57,984 nt of DNA from Clostridia bacterium (GTDB lineage Bacteria; Bacillota; Clostridia; Christensenellales; UBA1242), in the NCBI GenBank assembly GCA_017467895.1, contig JAFUKB010000012.1, positions 1 to 57,984 on the forward strand. Reading direction: 5' to 3'. The translations under genes were made by a program, and so were the position numbers. Below the pieces are notes generated by a model, which did not search any database, was not told the origin of the DNA, and saw only the letters and a list, made by a program, of their open reading frames with translations. This document shows, one piece after another, positions 1-12,300 of this stretch; position 1 is the stretch's first letter; the number at the start of each line of letters is the position of its first letter.

Positions 1-262
1 AGAGAATTTCCAAGCCAAGCGCAAAGCCAAAATGCCACGGCCCGCAAAAAGGCAAGAGAGCAAAGGAAAGGAAACCCCAACCAAGAAACACCTTTTTTAT
101 GTTTCTTCTCCTACATTTTAGCAAACGTATCGGGGATGGGTCAAACAAAATTATACAATTTATACTAAAATTTTTTATTTTTTCAAATTTTGCAATTTAT
201 CACAAACTCAAATTGAGCATATCAAAGGTTAAACATGCTTAAAAGCACCTAAAGCAAAAGCA

Positions 263-302
263 AAAAGCACAAAAGACATAAGTTGCCTTTTGTGCTTTTT
301 TA
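263..302 (-). terminator. intrinsic terminator hairpin downstream of the giant ORF (bidirectional shape)
   Basis: Inverted repeat aaaagcacaaaag (263-275) / cttttgtgctttt (287-299). It has an A-run on one side and a T-run on the other, about 60 nt past the TAG stop at 362-364. Confidence 0.7.
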
Positions 303-361
303 ATAAACCAATAATTTCGCATGTTGTAAACAAACCTTAAAGCAATGCCCTCTTTGCCTGC

Positions 362-3300
362 CTAGTTTCCGCTTGGTTTTTTAGGCACTTTTGGTTTTTG
401 TTCCACACTTAAGGGCGCCTCTATTATTGGCTTTTGTTTTGGAGTTTGAGGTTTTGGTGGTTGTTCCACTTTTGCCTCTGGTTTTGTTTTTGGCTTTGGC
501 AATGGCTTTGCAGAACTTTGCGCTTTTGGCTTTGGAGCAACTTTTTTTGCCTCAGTTTGCGTTGGCGCTTGTTTCTTTTCTGCCTCTGGTTTTGCCTTTG
601 GTTTTTTAATTGGTTGTTTAACCTCTGCTTGTTCTGCTTGTTTTACTTCAACCTTTGGTTGTTTCTTTGGTTGAGGTTTTGGTTTTTGGGCAGGCTTAAT
701 TTCTTCAACCTCTTGTTTTAATGTTTGTTTTGCTGGGTTTTTAGGGGTTGCTGATTTTGGCTTTGCCTTTGTTGCAGTTTGACGCTTTTTAGGTTTAGGC
801 GGTGCCTTTTCCACAGGCGTCACAAGCGCAGAGTTGTTTGCCTGATTAGTTGTTGCTTCCGACAATTCTTGCTTTGTTAAAGGTTTAACATTTGTCAACT
901 CGTCAGGTTTTGCTTTTAATGTTTCTTGTGCTTTTTCGTCTGATTGCGTTGATGATTGTTGCTTTGGCTGTTCGTTTAAAGTCTGCTCTTTTAAATTTGT
1001 TGCAGAATCAAAAGGCAACTGTTCATCTTGAACTTGTGTTTCTGGTAAGTTTGTCAATGCATCCGGGTCGGTTTTAACCGCCTCTTTTAATGCAATTCTG
1101 TTAGATAGCCTTTTAATTTTGTTTTGTCGTTTAAACACAACAAGCCAAATAACCACACCCACAGCAATTATGAATATTATGCTACCAGCAATCAAAAGAA
1201 TGATTGGAAGTTTTGAAATGCTAAAAATTAACTCAGCATCGGCAGTTACATAACCAAACACTCCAAAGAGTTTTTCTTGCCATGAAAGCACTTCATAAGT
1301 TACATCTGGGTCAAGCATTACTCCCTTAATTTGGTGGTCATTTAAAATGAACACGCCATTAAATGGATTTTCTAGCGTTCCTATTGGAATCCAGAATTTT
1401 TCGGTAAGGTCTAGGTCTTTCATTAGTTTATAATAGATTTTTCTCTCATATTGATTAATTATTCCATTATTAACCAAGTTAGCCATATATGCCAAATGCT
1501 CGGCACTTTCAATTAAGTATGGGTTTTCTTCAGTTCCCTCGCCGGCAAACTCTGCTGGACTATTAAACCAATAAATTTTTTGGAACATAAATTCAACAGT
1601 GTTATCGCCGTCTTCAATAAAGAATGTATTTGTTGAAACTGTTAACACAAAGTTATCTAAGTCATAACTTGTTTGGTCTTTAACCAAAGTGCCATTAACT
1701 TTTACTCCAACAAGTTGATATCTAACATTTGCTGTTGGTTTTACTCGCAAGTTCATAAAGAAGTTATAAGCCCCCATAGCATTTGTTAAATCTTGCTCGT
1801 TAACTGTTATTGTGCCCGCATCTTCAAGTGAAGTTACAAACGAGATATAAATCGACTTAGTTGCAAGCACTGCCCCAACATTTATTGTTCCCGCCTCAAC
1901 ATCTTCAACGGTTACCTCGTAGTAATAATATAATCCATCGTCGCTTAATGTAAACATGTTTGGCGCGTTATCTAGCATAAGTGCAACAATCAAGAAGCCC
2001 GGAGTTAAATCGCTTAGCGTTACAATAAGTTTTTCGCCTATTGCAAGTGTTGTGTTTTCTACATTAATTTTTACATTAGGATTTTGTTCAACAACAACAT
2101 TAACCGTTTTAGAAGCAAACACTGCTGTGTAATGAGTGTCGCCCGTTGCAACAACAGTTGCAGTTTCTGGCAAGGTGTAATCAATTACTCCGTTTACCTT
2201 CCAATATGCAAATTTATAGCCTCTTCCTGCGATTGCAACAAGTTCAACCGCCTCGCCCGAAACAGAATCAACATATGTAGAACTGCCGTTTACTGTTGCA
2301 CCGTTAACGCCAACCACAGGTTCTTCTACGCTAACCGAAATCCTAAACGCATAATAAAGTACAATAGTTACTTCATTTTTTGGCATTGTGAATATACTTG
2401 TACTATGCAAAATATCTGTGCCCGAGTCTTTTATTTGCCAGCCATAATAGTTATAGCCATCAAACTTAGGAGCAACGACTTTAACTCTTGTGCCAACAAC
2501 AAACTCAACATAGTCGCAAACTCGTGGGTCGGTGTCAGAGTAATGAGGATACATTCCACTGTTGCCACCAAACAAGTTTTTGGCGTCTTGAGTGTAAGTT
2601 ATGTTAAATGGTTTAAACTCAACATTAACAATATATTTATCAAAAGCCCATGTGCCATAAAGGTAAGCATCAATAGCGCCATCAGTAATTTGGTTGTTAA
2701 GGTCATATTCAAATCCATAAACTTTTTGGTCATCAATTATTCGATAAATTTTGCCAGTAGAATCAATAAAGTAAGTATATTTGCCCATGCCAAAAGCGTT
2801 TGTGTTCCAGCCAACAAACAAGCATGCTTCACTTGCCGTGCTTTGTGGGTCAATTAGTCCCACAGGCAGGGTTGCCACTTCGCCACTTTTTGTAGTAAAG
2901 GTGCTTTCGCCATGATTGATATAATAAGTATATGTTCCTGTTATTGTGCCCTGCTTGTCTAAATAATTAAAGTCAAACACAACTCTATATCTAGCCGATG
3001 TAAACGCCAACATAACTTCTACATTAGACATTACATTAATCATGCTTGCCATGCCAGAATCTTCAAAGTTGAATTCTCGCTTGTTTTCAGGCTGTGTGGT
3101 TTCGTCATATCTATAAGTTGCTCCACCAAACATAAATCCGTTTGCAAAGTTAAATTTTATTGCAAGAGAGCCACCATATTCAACAATAAACGATACAAAT
3201 TTATTATCAACAATGTCAACCTCTCCGCCAACATAGCCAAGGCTGTCTGCCAAAATAACCGTCATGTCGCTTATTGCCGAAAGTTGTTCAGTTTTTAATG

Positions 3301-6300
3301 TAATTGTAAATTGTTTAACCTGCAAATTAATTGTTATATCAACAAACAATTCATCTTGGTTTTCATAAATTTGTGTTAATGACTCAATTAAAATTGTATT
3401 TTCATTTAATGTCGCCCCACCAACACTCTTAACAACAAACCATTCAGGAAGTGCAATTTGTGTTTCAAATGCGTCATAATCATGCAAATTAGAGACAACA
3501 AAACTAATAACTTGCTCGCCTGTTGTTGTGTCAGAAATTGGAGTTGATGCGGTAATTCCATCAGCAAATGTAAACAATGTTGCAAGTGCCTCATCTTCAA
3601 TAAACAAGTTGTTGCGCTTTGTGTTGGTGTTCATTATTACATTAACAGTAATTTGTTTTCCTAAGAATCTTGCCTCATAGGTTGCATCATATGCCACACT
3701 CAACGGTTTAAATTCAGCCAAGGTTGAAACAAGTTGGTCTCCATAATACCAGCCAACAAACTCTGCATATTCATAGCCAACTGCGGTTGCACCAAGTGCA
3801 TCGCGACCATAATATACAACTTCTTCAAACGATGTAAACAACTCATTTTTAAAGTCTTTTACCTCGCCAAGTGAGCCTGCAGTGTATTTAATTGTGTATT
3901 GTTGTCTTTGAACTACAAGGCGCAAGGTTATTGCCGAATAAACAGCAAACTCAATGTCTTGCCCTTTTAGTTTTTCGGTTTCTGTTACATAGCCATCATC
4001 GGTTTTTGCTTGCCACAACATATACATAAAGCCTGTTGTAACATGGTCAACCTTTAATGTCATTTGAGTCATATATTCATAAGCATAAGTACCAAAATCT
4101 AACTCAACTCCATTTATTACAAGTTGTGCCATTGGAGAATTGCCTGCTTCAATTTCGCCTGTTATTTCGTTATATTCGCCATATTCAACTGTTATGTTAA
4201 ACAAAGAAATATTAATGTCAAACACCAAGGTTCCGCTTGAAGTAAAGTTTTCAAACACATAAGAATATGTGTCGCCGTCTTGACTTAATGTAAGTTTGCC
4301 AGCATTGATTGAAGGCTCTGCAGGAACAAACGAAAGTGTATTAAACTCATAACCATAATCAACAACAAATGCAAATTCTACTTTGGTATCAACAAGCACA
4401 GTTGTTGCAAAGTCGCTTGTGTAAACCGCCCCACCATATGTTAAGGCAAGATTTACAAATTCAAACACAATTTCAACTTCTATTGGTTCAAAGTCTAATG
4501 TAATGCTTAAATCACAAGAAAGGTTTTCAACTGTAAATTCAATTCCGCCTTCAATTTCTTTTTGAGTTATTACAAAAGTCTCGTTATTGGCTTTTGCCGA
4601 GTAATCAACAAACCTATAACCCTCGTTTGCATATGCAACAAACACGAATGTTTGGTCGGTTTTCTCAACAAATTGAATGCTTGCGCCACTTAACGCCTCT
4701 TTTTCATACTCAGCATAACCATAGCGCTCGTCATTTACATTAATGATAATGGTATTATCATTTGCCGTAATGTTGGCTGTTAAACTTGTGTCGCCAGTAA
4801 AGCCGTTAAATGTTGCAACATTTTGTTCTGCACTACCACTTGCAAGTGGGTCAAACACAAAGCCTGCAAGTGTGTAACCAACTTTTGCTATAACCACAAC
4901 CTCAACTTTAAGTGAGGTAGAAACCTCAAACACAAGTTCGCCATTTTCGCCCACCGTTGCAAGAATTGCACCGCGATATTCATCGCCAAGGAAAGCGTTT
5001 GCTTCAACAAGGTCAGCATGCTCAGCATAAACGGTTAAGTAATATATGTTATCAATGTAAGTTGCAACCAATTCAATGTCTTCTAGCATTGTCCAAGTTG
5101 CTCCTTCTTCAAACTCAAAAGCAATGTCGTTTAATGCATAACCATTAAATGTATAATAATCTTTGCTAGGAGTTAAAAGTGCTGGAACAAGTGTGTCATA
5201 GGTAACCTTAATAGTTACTTTATCTTGATTTTCATCAACATATGACCAACCACCACCAAGTTCAAATGTTCCGCCGTTTGCATTGAGCGTTAAGTTAAAT
5301 GTTAACGCTTCAAACACTGCATCAAATGTTGCGTCGCCAGCAACGGCATAGTTAACAAAGTAATCGCTAGCAAAAACATTGCTTCCGTCACTATAACCCT
5401 TAAATGCATAACCAACTTTGTTAAGCGTAATAAGGTTTTCAAAATTTGCATCTAATTCGCCAAGTTTTTGACCATAATATGCAGTTATGACAGCAATTTG
5501 ATAATTACTTAAATATGTAAACAGGTTTTCGTTCCTGCTTGCAAAAGCAACTTCAGAAGCAAATGTTACTGTGTATTTGTTAAGGTCATAAACCAATATT
5601 AATGAAACATCATTATCAATTATTTGCGTTGTTTGGCTTGAAAGTTCGTCCACGGAGTTAATTCCAAAGCCAAGATAAGTGTAATTTTCTAATTCTGTAA
5701 TATATGTTTGCAAATCAAACTCAGTGCCATAAGGCGCTGTTGTTTCAACTGCTGTAAAGTTAACGTCTGCAATATATGTTTGAGTTGCTAGGTCATAAAC
5801 ATACCTATCTACCCTTACATTATATATATGAATTTCCCAAATAGCATAAAGGGTAACTTCTTCGGCATAGGTAATTACTTCGTTTAATGGTTTTTCAAAA
5901 TCAATGGCTATGGTAGCACCATCTACAGTTGCCCAACCACTAAATGTGTAACCATCATATTTATGCCCTGCCGTTGGAATGTCGGTTGCTATTTCGTAAT
6001 AATCATAGGCTTTTGCAATAAGTCCTCCAACAATATCTGCCTCTTTTGGACCATTAGTAGAAACATATTCAAAGTTAAGTGTTATAAATTTAGCCAAAAT
6101 GCTTCCAAATAGGTCTAAGCAATTATAGTTGTTTATATCTTGCCCAGAAAGGGTGACAACAAGAGGAATTTGGTCGCCCTTTAATGCGCTTGAATATTCC
6201 ACGCTTGCAACAGCCACACCGTCGCCCGCCATAACGCCAAACACTTCAAATGTTTCGCCGTTTGGGCAAAGCACATTAGTTGTGCCGTCTTGTTGCTTGC

Positions 6301-9300
6301 TAATTGCCACATTATAACCACTTGCATCTACAAGTGCCACTGTTATGTCTTTTTTAACAATTTCAAGCATGCTTGGAGCGGCAACAATGTTCAAGTTGTC
6401 GCTTTTATATGAAATAGCATATTCGCCAACATTTAAGTAGCCACCAAGTGACAACTTATCTGCCGACAAGCCAACAATGCTAACAGTTAAATATTGTTTA
6501 AAACCATCAAGCGATTCGCCCGAGCCACCAACAAGCGTTGCAACCGCAGTTATGTCTAGCGTTTCTTCCGTGCTTGCATAAGTGCCATAAACTACGCTTT
6601 CTGGCAGGGTTATTATAGCGTCAAGTTTAAATATTTCACCCGTTGCATTTGCATTGTCTTTATATGCAATTATATAGTTTTTGCCTGCGTCGTTTACAAG
6701 ATGTTGAACCCCGGCGTTTGCACTTTCATATGAAATGCCAATTTCGCTAAAGATTTCAATATCTTCAAGAGTGAACCCGTCTGCTAGTTCAGCATTAGTA
6801 AGCACAGGAGCAAATGTATATTGTTTGTTAAATGCAACCGTGCCATCAAATGTTTTGTCATATGTTTCGCCTTCGGCAAGAGTAACCTCTGCTGTTCTTT
6901 GTGCAATGGCAAGTTTAAGAGTTGTTTCAACTTTAATATTTACATAAACGCTTGTTAGGTCAAACGAGTTCATGCTGTAGCCACTAGCGTTTACATCACC
7001 AGAATTAAACAACACGGTTCCTTGCAAGTTCAAAATTGCAAGTTCGCTAGCAATTAAAGTTCTATCTCCAACTTGGCAAGTATATTCAAAGTCAGAAATA
7101 TTAAACAAACCTATATCTTTTAAGCCAAATGTTCGCTCAAATGTGCCTTTTGCATAGTTATTTAGTGTTATAACCAGCACTTTTGTTGCACTTGCTTGAA
7201 TAAACAATGCGCTTTTAAGAACTTCATCACTGCAAATTACTTTAATGTTTGCATTATCACACTCGCCCTTAAAGCACAAGTCATGCAAGCCAATACGAGA
7301 GTAATCAGCAGAACTTGGGTCTTCGGTGCGCTCAAAGGTTACAAGTGCATAAACGCTTGTATCCTCTTTAACCTCAACCATATAATCTTGCCTTAATGCC
7401 TCATTTAAGTTGTCTTCATTAATCACAAAATAAGGAGCATTGTCGGCAGTGATTGTAAACTCAAACTGCTCAATTACAAATTCAAGTTCGGTTGCATTGT
7501 CGGCAGTTGCAACAAGCACATAATTGCCCTCTTCAAACATTGCTTTTGCCAAATACGAACCAGCCTCGGTTGGTGCAAAACTTGTTTGCGTGTTAGTTGA
7601 ATCTATGTAAACAATTTCTACTAAATCACGCAACTGCTCAATTTCTGCATCTGTCAGGTCGTCAACCTCAACAATGCTTAATGAAACAGGTTTTTCTTCT
7701 GTGTTATAAACAAGGTTGTCACTTGGTTTAAGACTAACTGCGAATTGCCTTGCAAAAATATCTATTTTGCCAACATAAGCAAATGTATAGCAATGAGTTA
7801 CATCAATTCTGTTTGCGTTTTGAATTTCAAATGTGTTTGAAGTTATGTCTGCAATGTCAATATTTAAACCAACACCAGCAGTTGCAAACACAAGTTGTTT
7901 GCTTGAAGCAATAACCACATCGCCTTCGGCAAGGTCAAGCGTGCCATCATATACATAAACATATGTTTCGGTTGCAAAGTAGACAAACCTTGCGTTGTTT
8001 GTTAATTCAACAGTAACATTTTTTGCCAAAATTTCGCCAGTTGTATAAGCAACATTAAGCACATAGTTATCTGCATGTGTGCCAGCAAGAGCAAAGTTAA
8101 TGCCAGTTACTCCAACATAAATGCTTGCATAGTTGCCAAGAGCATAAACATCGTCGCCATCAGCAAACTCGTCGCTTGTTAAGTTGGTTTGTGCGCCACT
8201 GTAAACAACTGTTGTGCCATCATAAGTTTTGTTTGCATCATAAACTATTGTGGTAATAGTTTTTGGCAACACCGCAACAGCAACTTTTGCAAAAACACCA
8301 TCTGTCAAGAATGCTTTAACATAGTAGTTTTCGCTTGGGTTAACAAATGTAATTGCTCGTGCATCAAATTTGGCAAGAGTTAATGATTCGCCATTATATG
8401 AAATTGCAATTTTGTTAAACAAATCAACTGTTGCACCCTCATAAATAGGGTTAGTTATTTCAAAGAGCGAATGGTCGGCAGTAAGCGTCAAATCGCCAGT
8501 GATTGTAATATTATAGTTTGTTTCAAGGTTTGCACTTGAAGTAATTGCAAGTTGGCTAAGTGCCGAGTCCGCGTTATATGTGTATTTTGTGTCAATGTTG
8601 GCATCGCCAATAACTGTAACTTTAAGTTGTTGCAAATATTGTTTGTCTGATTCAAAAATTCCATAAGCACTTGTTTCGGTTATAACATATCCGCCATTTG
8701 CATGATATGTATTAAATTCAATTTGAGAACCTTCAAATGCTATTGTAAGTGCAACTTTTTTAATTGTTACAAAGTTAGCCGAAGCATTTACGCTAAATGT
8801 AAAGTTGTTTGCTTCTAGACTAGCGTTATTAATTGAAATCACATAAGTTCCAGCATTTATTACTTCTTCTACACTTTCGCCATTTAAAGCAAAGGCAAGA
8901 ATCTCACCCACACCAACTTGTAGTGCTGTTAAAATTTCTTCTTTTTGTTCTGGAGGCGCAACAGGAATTGCAAGCAATGCAATGTTTCCTCTTTGGTCTG
9001 CAGAGTTATAATCAGTACTTGCTCCCGTCCAAGAAAGTTCAACCAAAAGTTTCTCAACAGTTACAACCGCGGTTTCGGCAATAGTAACAACACAGTTATT
9101 AGAATCAACCCTTTCGCCACCGTTTAGAACATAAAGCCCTTCTAAGCCAAAGATTGAATACTCACCCACATTGCTAACCGCAACGGTAATAAATCCAGCA
9201 AGCATATGACCGTCAATTAATCCATATTCGCCAACAACGACAAAATCGGTTGCTGTTATTTGTTTGTTTTGCGCGCCCGCGTATGTATATATAATAGGTT

Positions 9301-12300
9301 GTTTTAAATCTACAACAATTTCTCTTAGAGTTATTGTTCCGCTAAGTTGTGTCAACTCATAGTTGCCATACACATCGCCCGAGATGGTTATTTCTTTAAG
9401 AGTTGCGCCTACGTTTGCTGAGGTGTAATTTGCTGTTAAAGTTATAACTCCAATGTCACATGCACAAACATATTGAGAATCAATAATATATGTTTTTAAG
9501 CCGTCATAAACCTTGTTGCCATCAAACAAATCGGTTGTGCCTTGAACATAATAATCTAAAATAACTCGTTTCTCGACAAAAATCGTCACAAATCTATATT
9601 CCGCCCTGTCAGCAAGATGAATATAGCCATAATATCTGCCTTGATTTTTAACCTCATCAATTTGGTCAAGCGAAATATCAGCATAAGCATACATGCCAAT
9701 AAAGATATCGCTGTCGCTTAAGTCAACCACTTGACTTGTGTATTCATTGTTGCCAATGCCTGTTCTAATTTCAACTTGAACCGCTGAAAGTTGGTTTTCT
9801 CCGTTATATGTTAATGTTCCATATTGAATAACAATAACTTCGCCCGCTTCTAAGTGTTCACGAATCAAAATTGTGGCGTCAACTGTAATGTTATAGTTAT
9901 TTAATGCTTTAGAGTCTGCAATAATAACACCACGATCATAAACTTTTTCGCCTGCGATGCTTAAGTTATAAATTAAAATTGAGTTATCTTCTGCTCCAGT
10001 TAAATATGAATAAGTGCCAAGTTGATAGCCCAAAGTTCTAAACTCGCCCACAAGGCTATGTGTTGTTGGGTCTGTCTCTTCAGGAACATCTGCTGTTGAT
10101 AGCATGTAATTAAAGTAGCCAATAAACGAATATTCACGGTCATATGGGAACGATTTATCAATTATGATTTTATAATCGCGTTTTAAAATAGTCAAAATGT
10201 TATTTTCAAACGCCGAATTGTTATATTCATAATTGCCGTTTGCCGACATAACCAAAATAGAATATTTACCCGCGTCAACCGCTTCAAGCAATGTATTTGC
10301 ATTAGAATCAACATATTTTGCAGTTAAAATATTCTTTTCTTCGCCGTCAACAATAACGCCCTTGCCGTCAACAATTTCGGCAGTAAGTGTTACAGTGTGA
10401 CCTGCGCCATCATAAGTGACCTCATAGTTTTCTACATTTGCAACTTTTACAACCGCCCTGTTTATTACTACTGTCCCAGTAAATGCAAAACTATAGTAAT
10501 CTACTTGGCTTCCGCTTACGATTAAGTTGTTTTCAAATATGCTATTGTCTTTTGAAATTTCTGCAAGGTTATAACTGCCTGCATTTATTATTGCATTTGT
10601 CCATGCAACACTGCCTGCAAAATTCTCGCCAACTAATCCGCCAGAAATATCAAACCAGCCAACAAGAAGTTCATGATTTGCTCCTGTGTAATATAACCCG
10701 TCAGGATTTTTTTCTTGGTTATAAGCAAAGGTTACCAAACGCTGTGTAATTTCGCCATAGCCAACATAAGTAATGTTATACGAGTCTATAACAAGTTGAG
10801 CAAGTGTCTCGTCAGCCCCGCCTAATGGTACAAGTTCAAAGGTTATTTGGCTTTGACCAAACACTTTTGCATAAGTTCCAACAAATTTGACTTTTTTAAG
10901 AGCCTCGTTTGAAATGTCGTTTGCAAAAACATCAGCAGAAGTAATCTCGCCCACAACAGTTAGTGTTCCGTCATATGGCTTGTTTGCTGTGTAATTGATT
11001 TGAGTAACTTCTTTTTTAGCCATTTCTACGCTATGTGTTACCGCAACAAAGTTGTTATAAACAGAAGATACTTTAACCGAGTAAACGCCTGCATACATAA
11101 ACGAAATGTCTGAGCCAGACTCGCCGTTGAATGCTGTTATCTCAAGAACAAACTCTTTGTCCTCTACGCCACCAACTTTAACAATAGCGTTTAATTTTTG
11201 AATTGTTGAGTTATAAACATATTCGCCAAAGATTATTTCTGCTTCGGCAACAGTAATAACAAGCGCGCCCTCAAATGCAACATTATAGTTTGCAGAGGTT
11301 TCGGTTGTACCTTTTGCAATGCTATAAACAATTATCACATCGGTTCCGCCGTTTAAGTTGTTGCTTGCAACATTATAAGAGCCAACATTTTTGCTAACCG
11401 AAGTAATTGTTCCTGTTAATGTTTGACCATCACAAAGTGCACCCGAAGCAATTTCATCGCCTGCTAGCGTATAAACAAATTCGCTAACATCATATTCTTT
11501 TGTTTGCTCGCCAATGTTTATAACAAGGTCAACGCGTGTAATAACAAAGCGTTTTTCAACTGCTGAAACATCACTTTCAAAAGTGTAATTAACTGCATCT
11601 TTTAATGTAAACCTTGCAGTATAGAACTCGCCGTCGGCATTTGCGTTAACTGCATATGCGTTGTCCACTCTAACAAAACTTAAAGGCTCGGCAGTTAAAA
11701 CAGGCGTGCCTGCCTTGTCGGTTATTGTAAGCGAATAAACAAGTTCAACCTCTTTGCCTGTGTACTGATAAGAATCCACAAAACTTGCAACATTAATTAT
11801 TGCCTTATTAATTTGGTACTGACCAATAATGCCTAAAATATTATAGTTATAAAGCACATTATTAACGCCTAAATTTGCGTCATAAGCATAGTCAGCAAAA
11901 TCAAACTCGCCATCGCCTGCGTTATCTTTATATAATCCTGCTGTTTTTGCATAAATGGTTATTTCGCCTGACAAGGCCTCGCCTAAAACGGCATTTGTAA
12001 TTGTTGCAGGAGTTGTAATGTCTAACCCGTCATAATATTTGTTGCCATTAACTTGCAAATATGTGTCACGAGCGGTTATTTGACCATAAAGGTCGTCTTC
12101 AAGTTCAAGAACAAAGTTTGCAAAATTGCTTGCGTTGGTAATGCTAATTATCCATTCGCCAACATCTTGCCCCGCAAACTCAAACTCTGGAACTATTGCA
12201 CGAATTTCGTCGTCCAAAATTGTAGCAAGAGTTTGGTTGCTTTCTGTTTCAAGCAAACTGTAGTCAAAAGTAATTGCCTTTGTTCCATCATAAACCTTGC

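Noticed and set aside
1-121. Coding potential at the left edge. Frames 2 and 3 of the + strand both give basic K/P/R-rich peptides (e.g. ...AKRKAKMPRPAKRQESKGKETPTKK... ending at TAG 119-121), possibly the tail of a convergent gene.
   Set aside because: The segment is too short and truncated by the window. The frame cannot be decided and the aagaaaca/tgtttctt hairpin at 83-107 has no T-run, so it is not reported as a feature.
2084-2857. 257-aa + strand ORF and many other 60-145-aa ORFs antisense to the giant gene (e.g. 15419-15745, 16628-16960, 20963-21394).
   Set aside because: They are shadow ORFs. They lie fully inside the giant frame, their translations are Cys/Asn/Phe/Ile-rich low-complexity strings, and they have no RBS. 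The biased codon composition of the giant gene depletes stops on the opposite strand.
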